From the NCBI RefSeq assembly GCF_009914755.1, contig NC_060940.1: a DNA stretch of 64,000 nucleotides; one strand, 5' to 3'. The stretch is from the human T2T-CHM13v2.0 reference genome, Homo sapiens. Of the stretch, positions 1-17,619 are shown piece by piece (position 1 is the stretch's first letter; every line of letters starts with the position of its first letter). The notes under the pieces were generated by a model, which was given only the letters and a program-made list of their open reading frames with translations, was not told where the DNA came from and ran no database searches. The translations under genes and the position numbers were made by a program.

Positions 1-844
1 AAAACTGACATCCCAAAGATCCCGGCCATGCTTTAGTAGATGTTGACCAGGCTGTTCTCAAACTCCTGCCCTCAGGTGATCTGCCTACCTCTGCCTCCCA
101 AAGTGCTAGATTACAGGTGTGAGCCGCCCACTGGGCCTGCCTGGAAAACATTTGTTGAAGTCCGAAGTTGAAATTCTAGAGATGAAACCTAAAACATTTT
201 AGATGAAAAATACACTGGATGGGACTAAAGGCAGGTTAAACACTACAAAGGACAAAGATTAGTGAAGATTAAGACACAGTCATAACAATAGAACTATCCA
301 AAAAAAAAGAGGAAAAAAAAGAGCAGTAAGCTGTAGGACTTTAAGTGGCCTAATATATGTGTAATTGGAATGTCCAAAGGAGAGGGGAGAAAATAATGGC
401 CACGTCATTTCCAAATTTGATGAAAACTATAAACCCAGCCAGGTGCGTTGGCTCACATCTGTAATCCTAGCACTCTGGGAGGCTGAGGCTGGAGGATCAC
501 TTGAGCCCAGGAGTTTAAGACAAGCCTGAGCAACATAGTGAAACCTCATCTCTACAAAAAATTTAAAAAATTAGCTAGGCCTGGTGGCATGAACTTGTAG
601 TCCCAGCTACTTGGGAGCCTGAAGCAGGAGAATCGCTTGAGCCCAGGAAGCAGCATGCAGTGAGCCAAGATCGCACCACTGCACTCCAGTCTGGACAACA
701 GAGCCAGACCCTATAAAAACAAAGAAAATAAAATGAAAGAAGAAAGAAAGGAGAGAGAGACAGAGAGACAGAGAGAGAGAGAGCCAACTATAAATCCACA
801 GATAAAAAGAAGAAGCTCAATGAACCTCAAGCACAAGAAACATC

Positions 845-1100
845 ACTCTGTCATCAGGCCTCAGTTAAATGTCATCTTCCCAGAGAGACCTTCCCTTACC
901 AGAAAACCCTAAGAATCATTATATCATTAACTTGTCTTTAAAGTGGTTTCCTTTTTTATTGCGTATCCTTACCCCCACCCTAAAGTAAGCTCCGCAAGGA
1001 CAGGGACCTTGTCTGCATCCTCACCACCGAGTTCCCAGGGCCTAGCAGAACACCTGACATTTAGCAGGTGCTCAATACGTACTTCATGAATGAAGAGTAA
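845..1100 (+). mobile_element. L2 3' end
   Basis: cctgacatttagcaggtgctcaatac...tgaatgaa. Confidence 0.7.
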
Positions 1101-1302
1101 ATGACCTCTTCCATTCGTAAGCTTTAGGAATCAATTCCTATTTCAAAATCCCTCTCAAATGATCAAAAACCATTCTTTTTGCAGTCCCAACCTTTCCTTC
1201 TGCTCCCAGACTAATATAATGTTATCATTCAACAATATTGGCCAGCCGCAGTGGCTCAAGCCTGTAATCCCAGCACTTTGGGAGGCCAAGATGGGTGGAT
1301 CA

Positions 1303-1596
<294 letters not shown>

Positions 1597-1624
1597 CTAT
1601 CTATCTATCTGAGTCAGGGCCACT

Positions 1625-2110
<486 letters not shown>

Positions 2111-2289
2111 TAATTCTTTTTGACTAATAGTAAAGTCACTTCATTTCCTGAGGAATGACCTATTAAAAAACTATCCTTCCTCTCCAGACTGACTCCAGGT
2201 AAGGTTCCAGCAACCCCACTGCCTGGCGTGCCATCCAGCTCTACCAATCGTGTATTCCTAGCACTCCAATAGACCATCATTTTCATCGA

Positions 2290-2495
2290 TACAGCAGTTT
2301 ACTAAACAACTGCTCTGGTAAACAGTTTATGCTTTATATACATTGTCTAATCTATGAGGAGTTTACAGAGGAGCAAACTGAGATCTAGGAAGGTGAAGTG
2401 ACATACCGAGTCACATCATTAGTAAGTGGCAAAGCCAGAATATAAATCCAAGTCGGTCTGTTTGACTCCAAAATATTGTTCTTTATGCCACACTA
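2290..2495 (-). mobile_element. MIR
   Basis: tttacagaggagcaaactgagatctaggaaggtgaagtgac core. Confidence 0.65.
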
Positions 2496-2845
2496 AGAAG
2501 AAATTTAAAGTGTTATGAAATTGTAGCTAAGAATCAAACAGCATACATCTCTCTAGGAGGGTCATAAACTTTTAATCATCTTTTCTGTCTGATAAAATGA
2601 AAAAAACCAAATTCTTAATATGTATGTTTGACAACTCAGTCACAGAGCCTCTGCTATTGCCTGAAATAAGAATCAACAACAAATCATTGCCTCAGCCAAA
2701 ATATTTTCTCTTAAAGCTAGAAACATTTTAAAATCTGAAGTCTTGGGACACAAAAATTATTTTACAGAAATTCATGTATCAAAGACATGTAATTGAATCA
2801 AGAAAAATAAAGTCTCTATATTCTAGGGATTGGCTGAAGCAAAAC

Positions 2846-4135
<1,290 letters not shown>

Positions 4136-4599
4136 TAGTAGAGACGGAGTTTCACTGTGTTGGCCAGGCTGGTCTCAAACTCCTGACCTCATGATCCACC
4201 CACCTAGGCCTCCCAAAGTGCTGGGATTACAAGCGTGAGTCACCGTGCCCAGCCGCAATAAATTTCTTAATGGTTATCTCCTACTGGTCCTCTTTCCTTG
4301 GTTGAACCCTGACTGACAATGCTTTACCCTCAACAGATAAAAGCAAAAAGGAAACCCTATAGTAAGATTAGGGCATAAAACATTACAATATTTCAAATGG
4401 CCATTTTGGGGGGCATCCTGGAGGTTTTTGCACTCCAGAAAATGCTCCACAGTAAGATTCAGATGAGTGAAGGTTTCAACTTTATTTTGCCAGGTTGGGG
4501 AAGGACTGGAGAGAAAGGGGTGGTAGAAAAGAACTTATATGATGCCATAGTAAATAATAAAATAGAAGTTGAGGTTCTGGAATTGAGTTCCTTAAAATT

Positions 4600-5814
<1,215 letters not shown>

Positions 5815-7769
5815 TCACAGACACACCAAATAAACATCTACGCACAAATTAAATCCCTCTGAGAGAATGCCAAAAACTAGTTGAAAGACTCTAACACACT
5901 GAGCAACTGAGAAAATATTCACATCAAAACAGGTAGTAAAAGCTGAGACACCTTTGTGCACAAACCCCACCACAGGGACAGCACTTTACAAACAGGAAGC
6001 ATCCCCCAACTCCCAGCTTCTCCCTCAGGAATGAAGAGTTTGTTTGTGAGCTCATCTAACTTGTAGAGTTAAAGGGCACTTCCAGTGGCTGTAGCCCACC
6101 CAGGATCAGTCCAGAGAGAATAAGCTAAGAGGCCCAGCTCCAAGTATCTCTCTGAAAGAGGTCTGTCTGCATACTTTTCCAGCTACTGCCTGAGGGTCGG
6201 GCTTCTGGCTAGCCTGTATCTGGGAGCAAACAGAGCAGATAAACAATAAACCTCTGAAAGGCTCTAGGGAAGAATGGGCACTTCCTGTACCTTCTCCACC
6301 AGCTCAACTAAGTGATAAATCCAGGTCTGCAGATTTCCTGGAAAAAGTATATGTATGCATCAAGTGCCCCAATTTTAACAGTTCCCATATGAGGAACTGA
6401 TTCCTAAATCACCTAGCTCTGGGAGTTGACAGGGCTCTGTATTCTGGAGTCTCCCCAGAACACAGAAGACAAAAAAAGCTGGTTGCTAAATGGGTGCACA
6501 TCCAGTGGATTCCTTTGAAACTCGGAATGTGCAGACTGCATAAAAGTGCAGGCATTTGCCACAGATCCTCTTCCAGGCTTAGGACAGAGTAAGTGGGAGA
6601 TAAACTCTAGCTCCCAGCTTCTCCCTGAGGTAGAAGGAATTGGAACATAAATCTAGCACTCCGACTTTTCAAGCTGCATCTCAAGGGACTGGCTTCTATC
6701 TCACATATCTTGGGGTGCTGACAGAACTTGGCACACCCTAGTATCCAAAGGGCCATGAAGAACAAAGCAATTTGGACAAGCAAAAAGATATGAGAGGCAT
6801 CTAGAATTAGAATATCTGGTAGGGCTGGTTGGTGAGGTCCATCTCCCAGATGAGGCCAGTGTGACAAGACTAGAAGAGGTGGCTGTCTTACCTACTGTGC
6901 AAAAACCAACACAGAAAGTCAAGAAAAGTGAAGAAACAGGGAAATATGTTACAAATAGAACAAGATAAATCTCCAGAAACAGAACCTAGGGAAATAAAGA
7001 TATGTGATTTACCTGATAGGGAATGTGAAATAGGTCATAAAGACGTTCACCAAGATTAAGAGAGCAATTCTTGAACTGAAAATTTCAACAGAGATAGGAA
7101 ATATTTAAAATTATCAAGCAGAAATCGCAGAGCTGAAGAATAACTGAACTGAAAAATTCAATAGCATTCAACAGCAGACTAGATCAAGAAGACAGGATCA
7201 GTGAACTAGAAAAGAGGTCAATCACAATCACGCAATCTGAGAAGTAAAAATAGAATAAAAGAGTAAAGATAACTTAAAAGACTTATTGGAAAGCATTAAG
7301 GAGAACAATTTATACATTACTGGAGTACTAGGAGGAGAGAGAGAGAAAGAGATGGCTGAAAACTTCCCAAGACTGGGGAAGAAAAGAGAAATCTGGATCC
7401 AGGAAGCCCAAAGGATGCCAAATAAGAAGACTCCAAAGAGATCTACACAGAGACATATTATAATCAAACTAACAAAAGGTAAAGACAAAGAATTTTGAAG
7501 CAGCAAGAGAAAGGCAGCTTGGTACATACAAGGAAATCCACATTAGACTAACCGTTTTCAGCAGAAACCTTGCAGGACAGAAGGGAGTGGAACAGTACAT
7601 TCAAAGTACTCAAGGAAGAAAACTGCCAACCAAAAATATTATGCCCATCAAAACTATCCTTAAAAAACAAGGGGCTGGGCCAGGTGGGGTGGCTCATGCC
7701 TGTAATCCCAGCACTTTGGGAGGCTGAGGCAGGCAGGTCACCTGAGGTCAGGAGTTCGAGACCAGCCTA

Positions 7770-7976
<207 letters not shown>

Positions 7977-8191
7977 TTACTCAGACAAACAAAAACTGAG
8001 GGAGTTTATCACCACTAGACCTGTCTGACAAGAAATAAGAAATGATATGGGGAGTCCTTCAAGCTGAAAGAATGCTGAACAACAATAGGAAAGCAAAATA
8101 AAGCATAAAACTCATTGGTAGATGTAAATACACAGGCAAAAAATCTTTTATTATTCCAACAGTGGTGAGTAAATAGACTGCAATCTTACTA

Positions 8192-8481
<290 letters not shown>

Positions 8482-9022
8482 TTAAAAAGCAAAAAAAAAA
8501 AAAAAAAAAAAAAGTTTGAAGTATTAGGCCAGGCTTGGTGGCTCACACCTGTAATCCCAGCACTTTGGGAAGCTGAGGCAGGCGGATCACCTTAAGTCAA
8601 CACAGCAAAACCCCGTCTTTACTAAAATTACAAAAAAATTAGCCACGCGTGGTGGCGGGCACTTCTAGTCCCAGCTACTTGGGAGGCTGAGGCAGGAGAA
8701 TCTCCTGAACCGGGAGGCGGAGGTTGCAGTGAGCCAAAATTGCGACATTGCACTCCAGCCTGGGCAACAAGGAAAACTCTATCCCAGAAAAAAAAAAAAA
8801 AAAAGGTTAAAGTATTAAAAACAACTAATACTAAAATATGTTAATGGATACATAATATAAATAGTAGACAATTGTGACATCAATAGCATAATGTGGGAAG
8901 AGAAGAGAGAAAAGCATTCTTGCATGAGAGGGAAGTTATCAGCTTAAAGTAGACTGTGAGAACTATATTCTGTGTAAGCCCCGTGATAACCACAAAGAAA
9001 AAGGGAATCAAAACCTAGCAAT

Positions 9023-9024
<2 letters not shown>

Positions 9025-9065
<41 letters not shown>
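9025..9065 (+). repeat. Poly(A) run of about 40 nt
   Basis: Direct reading of the sequence. Confidence 0.95.
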
Positions 9066-9067
<2 letters not shown>

Positions 9068-9194
9068 AACAAAATGACAGCAAGAAAAAAAAAGGAAATC
9101 AAATAACCACAAGACAAATAAAACAACAAAATGGCAAGAATAAATCCTTCCTTACCAAAAATTACTTTAAATTTGAATGGAATAAATGCATTAA

Positions 9195-9825
9195 AATCAT
9201 GCTGAAGAGGTATCTGCACTCCCATGTTTATTGCAACATTATTTGCAATAGCTAGATATGAATTCAACCTAAATATTCATCAACAGATGAATGGATAAAG
9301 AAAATATGGTATATACAACAATAGAATATCATTCAGCCTTTAAAAAGAAGAAAATCCTGTCATTTGTGATACTGTGGATGAACCTGGAGGACATCAGGCT
9401 AAGTAAAATAAGGCAGGCACAGAAAGACAAATGCCACACGATCTTACTTATATGTGGAATCTAAAAAATGTCAAACTCATAGTACTAGAGTAGAAAGGTG
9501 GTTACCAGAGGCTGGGGGTTAGAAGAAGGAGAGAACAAGGAATCAGAGTGTCAAATAAATGATCTAAGAGTACAAAGTTTCCATTAGGATGAAAAATATA
9601 TAAGATCTAACACACAGTAGGGCAACTATAGTCAATGATAATGCATTATGTATTTCAAAATAGCTAAGAATAAATTTTAAAGGTCTTACAACAAAAAAAA
9701 TGAGGTGATAGGTATGTTAATTAGCTTAATTATTCCACATTATATAATACATCAAACCATTACATTGTGCCCCATTCATGTATACAATTATAATTTGTCA
9801 AATAAAAATATTTTTTAAAACAAAA
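9195..9825 (+). mobile_element. 5'-truncated L1MA 3' end nested in the ORF2 start of the host L1
   Basis: L1 3' UTR sequence with AATAAA and A-tail; flanked by degenerate direct repeats aatggaataaa (~9176-9186 and ~9833-9843). Confidence 0.75.
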
Positions 9826-10327
9826 AAATGTAAATGGAATAAACTCCACAAAAGAAAGATGTAGAGTACCTGAACAGATTTAAAATTTATATGTTGTCTA
9901 CAAGAAACTCGTTTAGACTCAAGGACACACAAAGGCTGAAAGTGAAGGGAAGAAAAAAGATATTGCATGCAAATGTTAACCCAAAAAAGGCAGAAGTTGC
10001 TATAACTCATATCCAAGAAGGCAGACTTTAAGTCAAAAACTGTCACTAGACACAAAGAAGGTCATTTAACAAAAAATGGGTCAACAAGATATAACAATTA
10101 GAAATATATATACACCAAACTTAAAAGCACCTAACAAAGCAAATATTGACAGATCTAAAAGTACAAATTGACAGCAATAGTAGTAGGAGACTTCAACACT
10201 CCACTTTCAGTAACAGACAGAACGTCCAGACAGAAAATCGGTAAGGAGTGAACTTGAACACTATAACAAATGGACTTAACAGACATAAATAGAACTTTTC
10301 ACTCAACAGAATACACATTCTGCTTTT

Positions 10328-10390
10328 CTTCCTCCTCCTCCTCCTCCCCCTCCTCCTCCCCCTCCCCCTCCTCCTCCTCTTCCTCCTCAT
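10328..10390 (+). repeat. (TCC)n low-complexity tract (tail of an Alu monomer)
   Basis: Direct reading of the sequence. Confidence 0.9.
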
Positions 10391-10799
10391 TCTTATTCTT
10401 ATTCTTCTTTTTTAAGATACAGGATTTCAATCTGCCACCCAGGCTAGACTGCAGTGGTGTGATCAGAGCTCAGTGTAATCTTGAACTGGCCTCAAGCGAT
10501 CCTGTCCCTTCAGCCTCACAGTGCTGGGACTACAGGTGTGAGCCACCAAGCCTGGCCTACACATTCTTAAGCACACACAAAACATTCTCCCAGATATATT
10601 GATCACGTTAGGCCACAACAGAAGTCTTAACAAATTTAAGGTCAAAATCATATCAAGTATGTTTTCCAACTACATGGAGTGAAATTAGAAATCCGTAACA
10701 GCACACACACAAAAAAGGAACATTCACAAATAGTGAAAACTAAATAACATACTCCTAAACAGCCACTGGACTAAAAAGGAAATAAGAAAATGGACCTCA

Positions 10800-11240
10800 C
10801 CCTCTGCCTGCCACCGCCCACCCAGCTCCGCCCACCCTGCCAGCTCCGCCCACCCTGCCAGCTCCGCCCACCCTGCCAGCTCCGCCCACCCTGCCAGCTC
10901 CGCCCACCCTACTACCGCGATGAGCTGCTACTCCCGAAAGGCCCGGCCAGCTCCGCCTCCGCGCTCAGCCCCTTCCCCGCCTCGGGAGGGTGAGCGGGCC
11001 AGGTGCACACCAAGGGCCAGCCGCTCCGGGAGGTGCGCGCGCTCGGGGGTCCCCTGCATCCCCCGCAGCCAAGTGGATTCGTGGCTGGTGCACAGCGTGG
11101 CAGCTGAGGATGCAGACGTGGCTCACGGGCTGCTCGGCGCCACCGCCACGTTGGCCAGAGGAGTCGGCGCCAGCCAGGCTGCACAGTGGGGGCGGCGGGG
11201 ATCCCCAAGCAGCTCGGAGTAGCCCCTGGGCCGGCGGGGA
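10800..11240. promoter_or_regulatory. Small CpG island in the 5' part of the NFE2L3 retrocopy
   Basis: GC-rich with many intact CpGs, against CpG-depleted AT-rich L1 on both sides. Confidence 0.65.
10823..10912 (+). repeat. 18-bp tandem repeat (CAGCTCCGCCCACCCTGC) x5
   Basis: Four perfect units and a fifth with one mismatch; partial unit at 10814-10823; appears in the ORF track as QLRPPC repeats. Confidence 0.97.
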
Positions 11241-12204
11241 AGAACGAGAAAAATGAGGCACTAAGAAAAGAGCATGAAGCTGGGGCTCCCAGTTCCCAGC
11301 ACGAGGAAAATGTGTCAACCCAGAAGAACTCATTACAAAGCAGAACAATGAAGATGAAAACAAACAGCAGATAAACCTGACCGGGAGGCAGAAAAGACCA
11401 CTGAACCTAGAAATGAGACATCTGAATGGGACAGATACTTCTTTCTCTCTGGAAGATTGTTGTTTTCATCATAGCCTGAAAATTCACTGGAGGGATCTCA
11501 TCGGGAGATATTCCTCCTTTTCCAGGCAGTATCAATGATGGCATGAATTTCTTCAGCACATTATAATGGAGACTTTACCCAGGCTGTAAGTCACGATGTC
11601 AATATTCATGAGGCCATGTTGCTGTGTCCCAACAATACATTTCGAGGAGATCCAGTAGGAAGCACTTCACAGGCACAAGAACCATTTCTACAGTTACATT
11701 CTCATACCACCAATCCTGGGCAAACCCTTCCTAGAACTAATTTGAGAGGATCTCTTCCACATGTTGACAATCAGATGACGAATCTAAAAAGCCAAGACCT
11801 ACTATATGACCTTCCCGTAAATGTATTTGATAAACTTAATGTCATTAGCCACAGACAAGGACTTTGGATGTTTCTCGGCTTTCTGAAGAACCAGATTCTG
11901 ATTCTGGCCTTTCTTTAGACTCGTCACAATAGCACCTCTATCACCAGGTCTAATTCTTCTCACTCTGTGAAGCTGCTATAGGGTTTTAGTATAGTCTCGT
12001 TCCCATCATGACTTAGAAGGTGCTGTAGGAGGCTGCTACCCAGAACCCAGTATGTTTTATCACATGGATCATAGTAGTGATTATGGTTTCCATGGGGATC
12101 TTGCATTTCAAGACATATTTTATAACCACACTTATCACTTACAGCCAAATGCACCAGAATCTACTTCGGAATCTTTTTCAGGCCTGGAAAGTCACAGAAA
12201 ATAA

Positions 12205-12605
<401 letters not shown>

Positions 12606-13678
12606 CCTGTTGATTTTTTCAGTAGCACATTAAATAGGTACTATCTGACAGACCTACAAGTCTTGCTCATCTGTGATATCAGATGAAGAGGGAAAAGTAA
12701 AGTTGCTGCTCAGAACTGTTACAAATGCAAATTAGACATAATTTTGAATCTAGAGGATGATGTATGTAAATTGCAAGCAAAGAAGGAAACTCTTGAGAGT
12801 GAGCCCAATGTAATAAAGCTATTAACATAATGAAACAGAAACTGCATGACATTTGTGATGTTTTTAGATTAATAAGAGATGACCAAGGTAGGCCAGTCAA
12901 CCCAAACCAGTATGCTCTTCAATATAGCTGTGATGGAAGAAGAGCAAACACTCAGGTAAGAAAGAAGCTGTAGCAGGAAAGAAAATAAAATAAAAAAAAG
13001 AGCAAACACTGGGGATCTAATTATTTTAATATATATTTCAGTTTTTTATGATTTAAAATGCAAAATAGCCTTATTTTCATTTAGTTTGTTAGCACTGAAG
13101 TAGTGGGCTTTTCAAACACTATTTTAGTTTAATCTTTATATTTAGCTTATAAATTTTTCTATATGGAAATAAATTTTATATGCGAATTTTAAAAAAAGAA
13201 AATTTAAAAATATCTCAAGCTGGGAATGGTGGTACACACCTGTAGTCTCAGCCGCTTGGAAGGCTGAGATGGGAGGATTGTTAGTTTGAGCTCCGCCTGG
13301 GTAAAATAGCAAGACCCTGTGTGTATATATACATACATATACATACATACATACATACACACAAATGAAGACAAAAATACTACATATCAAAACTTACGGG
13401 ATGTAGCAAAAGCACTACTAAAAGGGAATTTTATAGTGATAAATGCCTACATTATAAAAGAAGAAAGATCCCAAATAACCTAAGTTTACCCCTCAAGGTA
13501 CTAGAAAAAGAACAAACTAAACCCAAAGTTAACAGAAGGAAGGAAATAATAAAGATCAGGACAGAAATAAATCAAAGAGAGAATAGAAAAACTGCAGAAA
13601 ATCAACAAAATCAAGTTGGTTTTTCAAAAAATATAAAAGTTGAGAAACCTTTAGCTACACTAAGAAAAAAAAGAAGAC

Positions 13679-14087
<409 letters not shown>

Positions 14088-15105
14088 TTATATGCCAACA
14101 AATTGGATAACCTAGAGAAAATGGGTATTTCTAGAAACATAGAACCTACAAAGATTGAATCAAGACTAGAAAACCTGAACATACCAATCACAAATAAAAA
14201 TATTAAAGTTGTAATAAAATACTTTTCATCAAAGAAAAGCCCAGGACCAGATGGCTTCATGGTTGAATTCTACCAAATATTCAAAGAATTAATACTGACC
14301 AGGTGCAGTGACTCATGCCTGTAATCCTAGCACTTTGGGAGGCTGAGGCAGGCAGATCACCTGAGGTCAGCAGTTTAAGACCAGCCTGCCCAACATGGTG
14401 AAACCCCATCTCTTCTAAAAATACAAAAATTAGCCAGGCTTGGTGGCAGACGCCTGTAATTACAGCTACTCAGGAGGCCAAGGCAGGAGAATCACTTGAA
14501 CCCAAAAGGCGGAGGGTGCATGAGCCAAGATCACACCATTGCATTCCAGCCTGGGCAACAAGAGCAAAACTCTGTCTCAAAAAAAAAAAAAAAGAATTTA
14601 TACCAATCCTTCGTAAACTCTGCCAAAAAGTACAAGTTCTGAACTCATTTTCTGAGTGCAGCATCACCCTAATACTAAAGTCAGACATCGCAATGACATA
14701 ACATCCTTTTATGATAAAAGAACTCTCAACAAAATAAATATAGAAGACAAATTCCTCAATGTAATAAAGGCAATTTATGAATAGCCTACATTCTCAGCTA
14801 ATATCATTAATGGGGAAAAAACGGAAAGCTTTTCCTTTAAGATCTGTGTAAGGCAAGGATGCCCACTCAATACTTCCACTGAACATAGCACTAAAGATAC
14901 TAGCAAGAGCAATCAGGCAAGAAAAATAAATAAAAGGCATCATATCAGAAAGAAAGAAGTACAATTATCCATTTGTAGATGACATGATCCTCAATATAAA
15001 TAACCCTAACAACTTCACAGAAAAATTATTAGAATAAATGAATTAATAAGTTGTAAGATACAAAATCAACATACAAATATCAGTTGCATTTCTTTACACC
15101 AATAA

Positions 15106-15300
<195 letters not shown>

Positions 15301-16807
15301 TAGCTAGGATTACAGGCACCCGCCACCATACCCGGATAATTTTTGTATTTTTAGTAGAGATGGGGTTTCACCATCTTGGCCAGGCTGGTCTTGAATTCCT
15401 GACCTCGTGATCCACCTGCCTCGAACTCTCATAGTGCTGGGATTATAGGCGTGAGCCACCACGCCCAGCCCAGAAATAATTTTAACTAATAAAGATCTGT
15501 ACCCTGAAAACTATCAAACATTGATGAAAGAAACCAAAGACACAAAAAAAGGAAAGATATCCCATGTTCATAGATTTGAAGAATACTATTTAAACTACAC
15601 ATACTATCCAAAATGATACAGATTCAACACAACCCCTATCAAAATTCCAATGACATTCTTCACAGAAAAAAAAAAACTCTTAAAAAAACACAAAAGACCC
15701 CAAATAGCAAAAACAATCTTGAGAAAGGAAAACAAAGTTGGAGGCATCACAATTCATGATTTCAAACTATATTACAAAGCTAATCAAAACAGTATGGTAC
15801 TAGCATAAAAACAGACACATACACCAATGGAAAAGAACAGCAAGTCCAGAAACAAACCCAATCATATATGTTCAACTAATTTTCAACAAGGCCACCAAGA
15901 AGACACAATGGAAAAAGGATAGTATCATCAACAAATGGTGTTGGGAAAACAGGCTATCCATATACAAAAGAACTAGACTGGACCCTTACCTTACACCATA
16001 TACAAAAAATCAACTCAAAATGGATTAAAAAACCTAAACCTAAGACCAGAAATCATAAAATTACTAGAAGAAAACAGGTAACAAGCTAGAAAAACTCCTT
16101 GATATTGGCCTTGGCTATGATTTTTGAATATTACACCAAAAGCACAGGCAACAAAAGCAGAAACAAACAAGTGAGACTACATCAAACTAAAAAGCTTCTA
16201 CACAGCAAAGGAAACAATCAAGAGTGAAGAGATAATCTGTTGAATGGGAGGAAATATTTGCAAAACATACATCTAAGGGGTTAATATCCAAAATACATAA
16301 GTAATTCAAACAACTCAATAGCAAGAAAATAACCCAATTTAAAAATGGGCAAGGGATGTGAATAGACATTTCTTAAAAAGAAGACATACAAATGGTGTAC
16401 ACATATATGAAAAAGTGCTCAGCATCACTAATCATCAGGGAAATGTAAATCAAAACCATAATATCAGCTCACACCTGTCAGAATGGCTATTATTAAAAAG
16501 ACAAAAAATAACAAGTGTTGGTCAGGATGTGGAGAAACAGAAAATCCTGTACACTGTTGGTGGGAATGTAAACTGGTACAGTCATTATGGAAAATGGTAT
16601 GGAGGTTCATCAAAGAACTAAAAATAGAACTACCTTATGATCCAGCAATCCCATTTTTGGGTATATATCCAAGGAAATGATGTCAGTACGTTGTACGTTG
16701 AAGAGATATCTGCACTCCCATTTTCATTGTAGCATTATTCACAATAGTCAAGATATAAAATCAATGTAAGTGTTCAACAGATGAATGGATAAAGAAAATG
16801 TAGCATA

Positions 16808-17267
<460 letters not shown>

Positions 17268-17619
17268 CTAAAAAAGTCAAACTCATAGAAACAGACAGTA
17301 GAATGGTGGTTACCAGTGGTGAGGGAGGGGAGCTAGGGAGATGCTGGTCAAATGAAACAAACTTTCAGTTAGGAGGCAAAAGTTCAAGAGATCAATTATA
17401 CAGCATAACGACTATAGTTAATAACATATTGTATACTTGAAAATTGCCAAGAGAATTGTTCCAGCCACAAAAAAAATGGTAAGTATACATGATAATGCAT
17501 ATGTTCATTATCTTTACTTTAGACATCCTACAATGTGAACATACATATTGAAACATCATGCTGCATACAATATATGATTTTGTTAACTGAAATGATTTAT
17601 TAAAATAAAATAAATGAAC

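Noticed and set aside
10823-10912. CRISPR-like or coding repeat
   Set aside because: Head-to-tail units without spacers in primate DNA; a minisatellite
11616-11918. 100-aa ORF resembling NFE2L3
   Set aside because: Internal pseudogene fragment that frameshifts out of homology; the bZIP is Alu-separated and contains stops
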